Below are positions 8,407-16,761 of a stretch of DNA of 64,000 bases, piece by piece. Location of the stretch: NCBI GenBank assembly GCA_964489065.1, contig CAZAXH010000008.1:64130-128129 (forward strand), written 5' to 3'. Every line of letters starts with the position of its first letter. Position 1 is the first letter of the stretch. Below the pieces are notes generated by a model. That model had not been told where the DNA came from, searched no databases, and saw nothing but the letters and a program-made list of their open reading frames with translations. Source of the stretch: an uncultured Planctomycetales bacterium (GTDB lineage: Bacteria; Omnitrophota; Gorgyraeia; Zapsychrales; JANLHA01). Made by a program: the position numbers and the translations under genes.

Positions 8407-9779
8407 CTTCACGGATTCTCCGAAAAACTCAAAGTGTCTGTCCCCGGTGTCTCGAGACCCTGGACACCTTTATCGTGGAAAAGAACGCAAAAATCGTTAT
8501 GAAAAAAACCTGCCCCCGGCATGGGCTGTTTGAAATCGTATTGTCTTCGACTCCGACTTACTACGCCGAACTCGAGGAGTATTATTTTTCCCTGGCGGAC
8601 ACTCGTTATGAAGTCCCGGAATATGAATTTTGGCCAACCTACCGGTGCAACGCTGACTGCACGATCTGCTGTTTCGGGCGGCAGAATTGGGAGATGGCGG
8701 GGCAGGACGCCTCGACGGGCGAAATTGAAAAACTGGCTAAAAACAGCAAGAAGCGTTTTTTTATTATTTCCGGGGGTGACCCGACCTGCCGGGATGACCT
8801 GGGTGATATTATAAGGACTTTTCGTAAACACGGGAAAGTCGTGACGATCAATACCAACGGCTTAAAATGCGCGGATTTAAACTACCTGAAGAAGTTGAAA
8901 AAGGCGGGCCTGGATCGACTGAATTTGCAATTTGACGGGTTTGACCCCAGATATTATCTGGCTCTGCGGCGTCAGGATTACCTGGACATCAAGCTGAAAG
9001 TTCTTGAAAACCTGCAGACTTTGGGGATTCAGACGACATTCAACGCGACCATCGCCCGGAATCTTAATGAAGGAGCGATCAAGGAATTAATGGATTTCGC
9101 CTCTTCGCACCCTTTTATCAACGGCGTTAATTTCTTTTCCATCTGTTTTCTGGGAGGGGCGAGGGACTGGGAACAAAGTTCATACATCATGCCGGATGAA
9201 ATCATTGACCTGCTCATCAGCCAAATAAGACCCGTTATTTCTAAAAAGAATGTTTTTGTTTTTCAAAAACTTCATCTGGCGGTCAAGTCGTTCCTGGCTC
9301 AGAAATGGTGCTTTTATAATCAGGTCTATCTTTTTGTCCGCAGAAACGGCTCTTTCGAGCCGATTGACCGCTTTCTCAACCTCGCTAAAGCCGAACCTTG
9401 GCTGGACCGTTACAGGGACAACTTCAAGACCAAGCCCTTCTGGGCGCGCGCCTGTCTGGGGATAGCCGTGGGGTGTCTCTTCCTGAAAAAAGAGTCCGTT
9501 ATTATTTTAAAGGAGATCCTTTTGAGGAGCGTGTCCTATTTTCTGAAGACGCGCCATTATCTTCGCGGCAGCCGGTTTTTCTCCGTGAGCTTTTCAACCG
9601 GCTGTGATCCTTATAAATTTGATTTTAACATTGTGAAACATTGCCAGAATGAAATCATCGCGGCCCGGGACCAGGACGGCGTGTTGACTCACTTAGGGAG
9701 CGACGGCCTGTATTGCATGGGGCTGGAGAAACGGTATTTGAGAAATAAACTCCAGAAAGAGGGGATGAGTTCTCGTTGA
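8403..9779 (+). CDS. Radical SAM protein with an N-terminal zinc-ribbon/rubredoxin-like knuckle (subtype A)
   Basis: The N-terminus is SVCPRCL-x19-CPRHG. The rSAM motif is YRCNADCTICCF, followed by SGGDPT. The conserved C-terminal Cys triad is WCFYNQ, CDPYKFD and HCQNEII, and there is a hydrophobic segment FWARACLGIAVGCLFL. Confidence 0.85.
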   Translation: MTSRILRKTQSVCPRCLETLDTFIVEKNAKIVMKKTCPRHGLFEIVLSSTPTYYAELEEYYFSLADTRYEVPEYEFWPTYRCNADCTICCFGRQNWEMAGQDASTGEIEKLAKNSKKRFFIISGGDPTCRDDLGDIIRTFRKHGKVVTINTNGLKCADLNYLKKLKKAGLDRLNLQFDGFDPRYYLALRRQDYLDIKLKVLENLQTLGIQTTFNATIARNLNEGAIKELMDFASSHPFINGVNFFSICFLGGARDWEQSSYIMPDEIIDLLISQIRPVISKKNVFVFQKLHLAVKSFLAQKWCFYNQVYLFVRRNGSFEPIDRFLNLAKAEPWLDRYRDNFKTKPFWARACLGIAVGCLFLKKESVIILKEILLRSVSYFLKTRHYLRGSRFFSVSFSTGCDPYKFDFNIVKHCQNEIIAARDQDGVLTHLGSDGLYCMGLEKRYLRNKLQKEGMSSR

Positions 9780-9780
9780 T

Positions 9781-11052
9781 ATGATGAAAGCCTACCCCCG
9801 ACATTCCGTTGACATTACCTGGCGCGATTACAAGCGCATGGTTTCGTTTTTCTTCACATCCCCGGCCCGGAGGAAAGAATTCCTTCCGGAATTCGAACAA
9901 CGCTTTGCGGAATATACCGGCACCCGCTTCGCCCTGTCCGTGCCGTCCGCCCGGGTGGGGCTTTATGCGATCCTGCAGTATTTTAATTTCCCTAAAGGGG
10001 CCGAAGTTATCATCACCCCGTTCACGCACCAGAGTATTTTTACGGTCCTGAAGACGTTCCGGCTTAAGCCGGTTTTCGTCGATATCGATGAAAAGACGCA
10101 CAATATCGACCCGCACCTGGTCAGGAAATCGGTTTCGGAGAAAACCCGTCTGCTGATTTTAACTCATATGTGGGGGCAGCCCTGCGACATGGCCGCGTTC
10201 ACCGCCTTGAAAAAAGAGTACGATCTGAAAATTATTGAAGATTGCGCCATGGCCGCCGGCGCGACTTACCAGGGGCGGAAAGTGGGGAGTTTCGTCGATG
10301 CCAGCATATTCAGCTTCGGGAAAGCTAAGGCCATTTGCGCTTTCGGCGGCGGGATGCTGTGCTGCCATGACGCCTCCATGAAGGATTTTATCTCCGGCCT
10401 GATCCGGGATTTTAAGCCCTCCCGGAGCCTGCCGCTGGCGGTTTCCGTCATTAATTCCGTGATCGCCAATATCCTGACCCGGCCCCGCTTTTTTTTCTTC
10501 TCCCTTTATCCGGTGATGCGGCTTTTCAACCTGCGGGATCCCTACAATCCGGTTGAACATAAAAAAGACTCCGAAGTCATCCTGGAGCAGATGCCGGAAG
10601 AATGGAAAGTCAAAATGTCGCCGTTTCAGGCCGCCCTGGGGCTGGAACAGCTCCGGAGCCTGGACGCCCGTAACCAGGCCCGGGCCCGTAACGCGCAGCT
10701 TTTGAACTTTTTGTTGGAGGGGACGCCGGGGATCAGTGTGCCCCGGCCGCAACCCGGAGGTAATCATATTTATCTTTACTACGCGGTTCATATACAGAAC
10801 GCCGCTTCTCTGGACGCCCTTAGGTTGAGCTTGCTGAAGCGTTCGGTCGACACGCAATTAAATGAGTTGACGACTCCCCGGCAGCTGCGTGTTTTCGGGG
10901 CGGACAGCCGGACGGTCCCTGTTTTTGAAACCATATCCGCGAATATCCTTGTCATCCCCAACGGGATTTATTTAAATGACCGGGATATCCGGCTTGTGGC
11001 GGAGGCGTTAAAACAGAGCCTGAGGTCCCTTCCGGGGAAGGGGGATGCATGA
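9781..11052 (+). CDS. DegT-like PLP aminotransferase-fold protein (long subtype with a hydrophobic insert)
   Basis: It has a DegT-like layout (ALSVPSARVGLYAIL, IEDCAMAAGATYQGRKVG, FSFGKAKAICAFGGG). A hydrophobic insertion (LPLAVSVINSVIANILTRPRFFFFSLYPVMRLF) follows the lysine motif. Confidence 0.75.
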   Translation: MMKAYPRHSVDITWRDYKRMVSFFFTSPARRKEFLPEFEQRFAEYTGTRFALSVPSARVGLYAILQYFNFPKGAEVIITPFTHQSIFTVLKTFRLKPVFVDIDEKTHNIDPHLVRKSVSEKTRLLILTHMWGQPCDMAAFTALKKEYDLKIIEDCAMAAGATYQGRKVGSFVDASIFSFGKAKAICAFGGGMLCCHDASMKDFISGLIRDFKPSRSLPLAVSVINSVIANILTRPRFFFFSLYPVMRLFNLRDPYNPVEHKKDSEVILEQMPEEWKVKMSPFQAALGLEQLRSLDARNQARARNAQLLNFLLEGTPGISVPRPQPGGNHIYLYYAVHIQNAASLDALRLSLLKRSVDTQLNELTTPRQLRVFGADSRTVPVFETISANILVIPNGIYLNDRDIRLVAEALKQSLRSLPGKGDA

Positions 11053-12431
11053 AAACGGCCCGGCCATCCCGCTCGATATTACGGACAACGGAAAGCGTCT
11101 GCCCGAAATGTTCCGCGCCCCTGCCCGCCAGTATTGTCGCGGATGAAAAAGGCGTGTTTATGGAGAAACGCTGCCCGCAGCATGGAGATTTTCGCGTGCG
11201 CCTGTCCGAAACCCCGGCCTTGTACGCCGAACTGGACGGGTTTTACTGTTCCCTGATGGGGCGGGCGCAACCTTGTTTTGATTATGAAATCTGGCCCACC
11301 CTGCGGTGCAATATGAATTGCGCGATATGTTTTTTCGGCTGTCCGCGGGAATCTTCCCGGGTTTTTGAGCCGACGCTCAACGCCATCGAACAGTTCGTCA
11401 GCCGGGACCCGCACCCGTTTTACTGCCTCTCCGGAGCGGAAGCGACTGTCCGGGATGATTTGCCGGATATCATCCGTATTTTAAAAAAGCACCGGAAAGT
11501 CGTGACGTTGAACACTAACGGAATGCGTTTCGAGGATGAATCTTATCTGTTAAAACTGAAGAACGCCGGGCTGGACCGGGTTATTTTGCAATGCGATGGT
11601 TTTGATCCCCGTGTTTCCCTGAAGATGAGGGGAGAGGATGCTGTCCCCCAACGGCAGCGTGTCTTGGCCCTCTTGGAAAAGCATCATATGCCGACCGCGC
11701 TCAGTTCCACGATCGCCCGGGGCCTCAACGAACATACGGTTTCGGAATTGCTGGATTACGCGCTGGCGCATCCTTTCATCAACGGGATCGCGTTTCTGTC
11801 CATCGCCTTTGACGGCGGGGCCCGGAACTGGAGCCAGGAGCGCTACATGATGCCGGATGAAGTGATCGACGTTGTCTGCCGTGTCCCCGGCTATAACGTA
11901 AAAAAAGAAAACGTGCACAGATTTCAAAAGCTGCATTTCGCCGTCAAGGCGTTCTTGAAGCAGCGCGCGTGTTTATATAATCAGCTTTATGTCCTGGTGC
12001 GCCGGCGGGGTTCCTTTGAGCCTATTGACGCTTTCATGAATCTCGCTAAAGCCGAGCCCTGGCTGGACCGTTACCGGCACGCTTACGCGGGGAAGAAACA
12101 CGGCCTGGCCGCTCTTTATCTGGGGCTGGCTTTGCTATGCCTGTGCTGCCATCGCCGGATTTTAGTCCTGTTCCGGGACCTTCTCGGCTCGGGGGTGTCT
12201 TATTTCTTCCGGACGTCACGATATCTAAGAACAGGCCGACTGCTTGCTTTAAGTTTTACGACCAGCTGCGACCCGTATAAGCTCGACAAGACAATCCTCC
12301 AGAATTGTCAGAATGAAATTATGGCCGCGGATCAAACACCGGACTCTTTACGCCCTATCGGAAGGGAAGGCGCCTATTTCGTGAACCTGGAAAAACATTA
12401 CGCTGAATCTCAACCCCGGGGGGAACCATGA
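11049..12431 (+). CDS. Radical SAM protein with an N-terminal zinc-ribbon knuckle (subtype A)
   Basis: It has SVCPKCS-x19-CPQHG, LRCNMNCAICFF, KAEPWLDRYR, CDPYKLD and NCQNEIM, plus the hydrophobic segment LAALYLGLALLCLCC. ATGA overlaps occur at both ends. Confidence 0.85.
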   Translation: MKTARPSRSILRTTESVCPKCSAPLPASIVADEKGVFMEKRCPQHGDFRVRLSETPALYAELDGFYCSLMGRAQPCFDYEIWPTLRCNMNCAICFFGCPRESSRVFEPTLNAIEQFVSRDPHPFYCLSGAEATVRDDLPDIIRILKKHRKVVTLNTNGMRFEDESYLLKLKNAGLDRVILQCDGFDPRVSLKMRGEDAVPQRQRVLALLEKHHMPTALSSTIARGLNEHTVSELLDYALAHPFINGIAFLSIAFDGGARNWSQERYMMPDEVIDVVCRVPGYNVKKENVHRFQKLHFAVKAFLKQRACLYNQLYVLVRRRGSFEPIDAFMNLAKAEPWLDRYRHAYAGKKHGLAALYLGLALLCLCCHRRILVLFRDLLGSGVSYFFRTSRYLRTGRLLALSFTTSCDPYKLDKTILQNCQNEIMAADQTPDSLRPIGREGAYFVNLEKHYAESQPRGEP

Positions 12432-15184
12432 AACCTGACACGATCATTCGCGCGACGCAAAGCGTTTGCCCTGTATGCCTGGAAGCCGTGCCCGCGACGG
12501 TGCTTGAGAAAGACGGCCGGGTTTACCTGACTAAGACCTGCCCCCGGCACGGGGCCTCCGAAGTCCTTCTGTCTGAGACCGCGGGTCTTTACAAAGAACT
12601 GGAAGGCTTTTTTTCCGCCGTTATGAACCCGTCTTACCGCATCCGCGAATATGAAATCTGGGTGACAATGCGCTGCAACACGTCTTGCACCATCTGTCAT
12701 CTCGGAGACAGCAACAGGATCGACATCCCGGACCCGAGCCTGGAAAAAATCGAGGAGTTTATCCTCCGGCATGACCAGCCGGCTTATATCCTTTCTGGGG
12801 GAGAGCCCACCTGCCGGGAAGACCTGCCGGATATTGTCCGCCTTTTTAAAAAGCACGGCAAGCATATCAGCCTGCACACGAACGGTCTGGCTTTAGGGAA
12901 CAAAGATTACATCCGTTCCCTGCAGGAAGCGGGGTTGGACCGGATCAATCTTCAATTTGACGGGTTCGCGCCGGACGCGTATAAAATTTTCCGGGGGAAA
13001 AATATCCTGGATAAGAAGCAACTGGCTTTAAAAAACCTGGAAGACCTGCGTCTGCCGACGGATTTGAATATCACGGTTGCCCGGGGTGTCAATGAGCCGG
13101 CCGTCATGGACAGCGTCCGGTTTGCCGTTAAACATCCTTTCATCTCTTCCGTTAACTTCTTCACGATCTGCTACCTGGGAGAAACGGCCCGATGGCCTTT
13201 AAAATATTTCCTTATGCCGGATACGATCGGAGACATCCTGGAAAAAGAAACAGGCGGCCGGATTTCCAAGCGCGGCATCATCCTTTTTCAGAAACTGCAC
13301 CTGGCCGTTAAATCCCTGCGTTCGGAGCGTTATTGCCTTTACAGCCAGATTTTTGTCCTGTTCCGAAAACGGGACGGGACGTATGACCCCATTGACCGCT
13401 ATCTTAACCTGGAACGGACGGACAGGCTTCTGAAACTTTATCAAAAAATGGCTCCCGGGCATCCTGTCCTCGCCAAAATAATTTTAATTTTAGGCCTGCC
13501 GTTTTTTATGATGCGCTGGTCCACGCTGGTGATCCTGAAAGAAATCTTGCGGACCGGATTTTCTTTTATGATCAACGAGGATTACGCTTTAAAAACCAGC
13601 CCGTTCCTTTATTTGAATTTTAATACGAGCTGTGATCCTTATAAAATCGATTACGGGTTCGTGCAGGATTGTCAGGATGAAATCATTTTTTATGACCGTC
13701 AGCAGGAACACTTGGTGAACCAGGGAGTGGACGGATTGCGCGCCATCGAGTTCGAGCGCCGCTACCGTAAGGCCGCCCCCAAGGAGACGATTCGCATTGA
13801 TCGGAAAATGGAAACATCCCAGAGGCATAAGCCTGCCGGCTTGGGCAACCGTGTCATTCGGGAGACAATGAGCGTGTGTCCTGTTTGCCTGGCCCCGCTC
13901 CCGGCCAGGATCCGGGCCGGAGCGGATGGCGTTTATCTGGAAAAGACATGCCCCCGGCACGGGGCCTTTCGCGTTTTTGTTTCGACTCATCCGGATGATT
14001 ATCAGGCCCTGTCCGACACTTATTTTTATTTTATCCCCGGGGCTCTGGAACAACGGGAATATTACGTCTGCGCGAGCACGCGGTGCAACATTTCGTGCCC
14101 GATTTGTTACCTGAATTATTGCCCTGAGCGGCCTCCTCTGACGCCCGAGGATATGAACAGCGCCGTGGGGGATAAACCGCAGGTGGAGCGCTTCACGTTT
14201 TCCCACGGCGAGCCCACGGTCTCTCCGCAACTGCCGGAGATGATCCGGGCTTTAAAGAAAGCCGGGAAATTTGTCAACATTCATACGAACGGCGTGAAAC
14301 TTGCCGATTATGCTTATACTCAATCCCTGAAACAGGCGGGGCTGGATCACGTGAGCCTCCAGTTTGACGGTTTTCGTGATGAAATTTATGAGACCCTGAG
14401 AGGCGGGAAGCTCTTGGAGGCCAAAACGCGCGCTTTGGATAATCTTAAGGCGCTGGAAATCCCCGTGACATTAAACGTGACGATCGCCGGGGGCGTTAAT
14501 GAAGACGAGTGGGGCAAAGTTTTTGATTACGTTGTCCGGAATGATTTTATTAAAGACGTGAGTTATATCACTTACTGCCATTACTCCCCTCAGGGGGATG
14601 CCGAGGGCCGGTCCATGATGCCGGACGACCTGGTGATACGCCTCGTGGAGCATTCTCAAGGGACGATTGAGAGGGAGGATGTGGTCTGTTTTCAGAAATT
14701 GTTTTACGCCTATTTAAGCGCCTTCCGCAAGAAAAAATGCTTTAACTATTATCATTATTGCGTTGTGCGGACATCCGGCGGATACCGTGGGATTGAGCGT
14801 TATCTGGATGTGCGGAAGATCGCCGGGAAGATTGACGCGTGCCGGGAGAGAGGACAAACGATGACGAAAACGTTGTTGCTGAAAATATTGTTAACCTCTC
14901 TGCGATGGGATAGTGTGGCGTTGATTCCTTACGGATTATTTTTGCTGTCGCGCGGGGGGTATCCCCCAAGCCCCGGGAAACTTTTAGTCGTGACGTTGGC
15001 CAGTATCTGCGACCCGTATAAATATGACGCAACGGTCGCCTTAAATTGCGGGCAGGGCATTATTACTCAAACCATGCAACATGAGAGTTACGGGACATAT
15101 ATTATCGAGGAGATGAAGCGTTCGCCGCGTCCCGACGCAGCTCGTGTCCTGCCTGACGCGTTTCCTCAAGGGGGTTCGGTATAA
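12428..15184 (+). CDS. Tandem fusion of two zinc-ribbon radical SAM modules (subtype A followed by subtype B), 918 aa
   Basis: Module 1 has SVCPVCL..CPRHG, MRCNTSCTICHL, CDPYKIDYGFVQDCQDEII. A linker (RYRKAAPKETIRIDRKMETSQRHKPAGLGNRVIRET) follows. Module 2 has SVCPVCL..CPRHG, TRCNISCPICYL, ICDPYKYDATVALNCGQGII. The reading frame is continuous in the supplied sequence. Confidence 0.85.
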   Translation: MKPDTIIRATQSVCPVCLEAVPATVLEKDGRVYLTKTCPRHGASEVLLSETAGLYKELEGFFSAVMNPSYRIREYEIWVTMRCNTSCTICHLGDSNRIDIPDPSLEKIEEFILRHDQPAYILSGGEPTCREDLPDIVRLFKKHGKHISLHTNGLALGNKDYIRSLQEAGLDRINLQFDGFAPDAYKIFRGKNILDKKQLALKNLEDLRLPTDLNITVARGVNEPAVMDSVRFAVKHPFISSVNFFTICYLGETARWPLKYFLMPDTIGDILEKETGGRISKRGIILFQKLHLAVKSLRSERYCLYSQIFVLFRKRDGTYDPIDRYLNLERTDRLLKLYQKMAPGHPVLAKIILILGLPFFMMRWSTLVILKEILRTGFSFMINEDYALKTSPFLYLNFNTSCDPYKIDYGFVQDCQDEIIFYDRQQEHLVNQGVDGLRAIEFERRYRKAAPKETIRIDRKMETSQRHKPAGLGNRVIRETMSVCPVCLAPLPARIRAGADGVYLEKTCPRHGAFRVFVSTHPDDYQALSDTYFYFIPGALEQREYYVCASTRCNISCPICYLNYCPERPPLTPEDMNSAVGDKPQVERFTFSHGEPTVSPQLPEMIRALKKAGKFVNIHTNGVKLADYAYTQSLKQAGLDHVSLQFDGFRDEIYETLRGGKLLEAKTRALDNLKALEIPVTLNVTIAGGVNEDEWGKVFDYVVRNDFIKDVSYITYCHYSPQGDAEGRSMMPDDLVIRLVEHSQGTIEREDVVCFQKLFYAYLSAFRKKKCFNYYHYCVVRTSGGYRGIERYLDVRKIAGKIDACRERGQTMTKTLLLKILLTSLRWDSVALIPYGLFLLSRGGYPPSPGKLLVVTLASICDPYKYDATVALNCGQGIITQTMQHESYGTYIIEEMKRSPRPDAARVLPDAFPQGGSV

Positions 15185-15188
15185 AATT

Positions 15189-16751
15189 ATGAAGATCGCC
15201 TTTATTAATGATTCCTGTGAACGGCTGGGTGTTGAATATATTTCAGCCGTGCTTAAACAGCATGGGCACACCGTCAAATTGTTCGCCGATCCGCAGCTCT
15301 TTGATGACGAAAATTTTACAATCGCGCCTCTGGCCAGGTTTTTTGACCGGCAGGAAGACCTGCTGGCCCAAATTCAGGCGTTCCAGCCGGATCTGATCGG
15401 GTTCTCGGTCGTGACGGACTTTTATCAGTGGGCCTGCCGCCTCGCCAGGCGTATCAAAGCGGTGATGGATGTCCCGGTGCTTTTCGGAGGGATTCACGCG
15501 ACATCGGTTCCCGAAAAGGTCCTGCAGCAGGATTGCGTGGATATGGTCTGCCGGGGGGAAGGGGAGTTCGCCCTTTTGGACCTCGCCGACAGCATGGAGA
15601 AGGGCCTCCGGGATTACACGATCCCCAACATTTGGTTTAAAAAAGACGGTGCGATCATCAGGAATGATGCGCGTCCCCTGATCGAGGACCTGGATGCGCT
15701 GCCGTTCGCGGATAAAGACCTTTTTTATGAGGCCAGCCCCCATTTTTCCCGTTGCTATTTCCTGATGACCAACCGCGGCTGCGCTTACGCCTGCAGTTAT
15801 TGCTGTAATTCATTCCTGAAAAAATTTTATCATGCGAAAGGCCGGTACCTGCGTTTCCGCAGCGCCGGAAACGTGATCCGGGAGTTGACCCTGGCCAAAC
15901 AGAAATACGGCATTAAAATGGTCCGTATCCACGATGATGACTTCCTCACGCACGACGTGCCCTGGTTCGAGGAGTTCGCGGAAGAATACTCCCGGCATAT
16001 ACAGGCCCCGTTCGCATGCTTCACGCACCCCAACAGCGTGACGGAAACCAAAGCCCGCCTGCTGAAGAAAGCAGGGTGCCACGATATCGAAGTGGGGGTC
16101 CAGTCCATCTCCTCGGACACGCGTTACCGGATTCTTAACCGCCGCGTTTCGGATGAGCAATTGGTCCGCGCTCTGCAGATATTAAAAGACGCGGGCATCA
16201 AGGTGATCACGGATAATATCCTGGGGCTTCCTCACCAGGGGCGGGAGGAGCTTCTGGATCTCATTAAATTTTATAATAAAAACAGGATCATGAAGATTTA
16301 CTGTTTCGGCTTCCGGCATTATCCGGCCACGGATATCGTCGAATATTCCAGGGACGAGAAACTGCTGAGCGCACAGGATGTCGAGAACCTGGAGAACGGG
16401 ATCAATGTCAAGACCTTCATTCAGAGCGGGGATAATTTGAGCCGTGAGGACCGGCAACTGCAGACATTTTTTGCGTTTCTGCTCTACCTGCCGGAGACGG
16501 TCAATAATTACATCCTTGAGAAAAAGCTGTACCGTTATTTTATCCCGCTCCCGTATTATGTCCTGGTTATCTTTTCCAATTGGCTGCGCATCCCGTACCG
16601 GTACAACTGGGCGCTGCATATTACCGTGTGCCGGTACCGGGTTTATGCTTATAAAACGATAAAGAAAAAGTTTACCTCGGGTATCAGGGCGTTGCTTAAA
16701 AAGTTCCGCCCTTCGGCCTTTAACACGGCGCGGGGGACGCCTGTCCGGTGA
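15189..16751 (+). CDS. B12-binding (class B) radical SAM enzyme, array paralog 1
   Basis: The ATG at 15189 gives MKIAFINDSCERLGVEYISAVLKQHGH, matching the paralog N-termini. The track ORF starting at 15144 overlaps the upstream gene. It has GGIHATSVPE and CRGEGE (B12-binding domain) and NRGCAYACSYC (CxxxCxxC). Confidence 0.9.
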   Translation: MKIAFINDSCERLGVEYISAVLKQHGHTVKLFADPQLFDDENFTIAPLARFFDRQEDLLAQIQAFQPDLIGFSVVTDFYQWACRLARRIKAVMDVPVLFGGIHATSVPEKVLQQDCVDMVCRGEGEFALLDLADSMEKGLRDYTIPNIWFKKDGAIIRNDARPLIEDLDALPFADKDLFYEASPHFSRCYFLMTNRGCAYACSYCCNSFLKKFYHAKGRYLRFRSAGNVIRELTLAKQKYGIKMVRIHDDDFLTHDVPWFEEFAEEYSRHIQAPFACFTHPNSVTETKARLLKKAGCHDIEVGVQSISSDTRYRILNRRVSDEQLVRALQILKDAGIKVITDNILGLPHQGREELLDLIKFYNKNRIMKIYCFGFRHYPATDIVEYSRDEKLLSAQDVENLENGINVKTFIQSGDNLSREDRQLQTFFAFLLYLPETVNNYILEKKLYRYFIPLPYYVLVIFSNWLRIPYRYNWALHITVCRYRVYAYKTIKKKFTSGIRALLKKFRPSAFNTARGTPVR

Positions 16752-16761
16752 AACAAGATAA

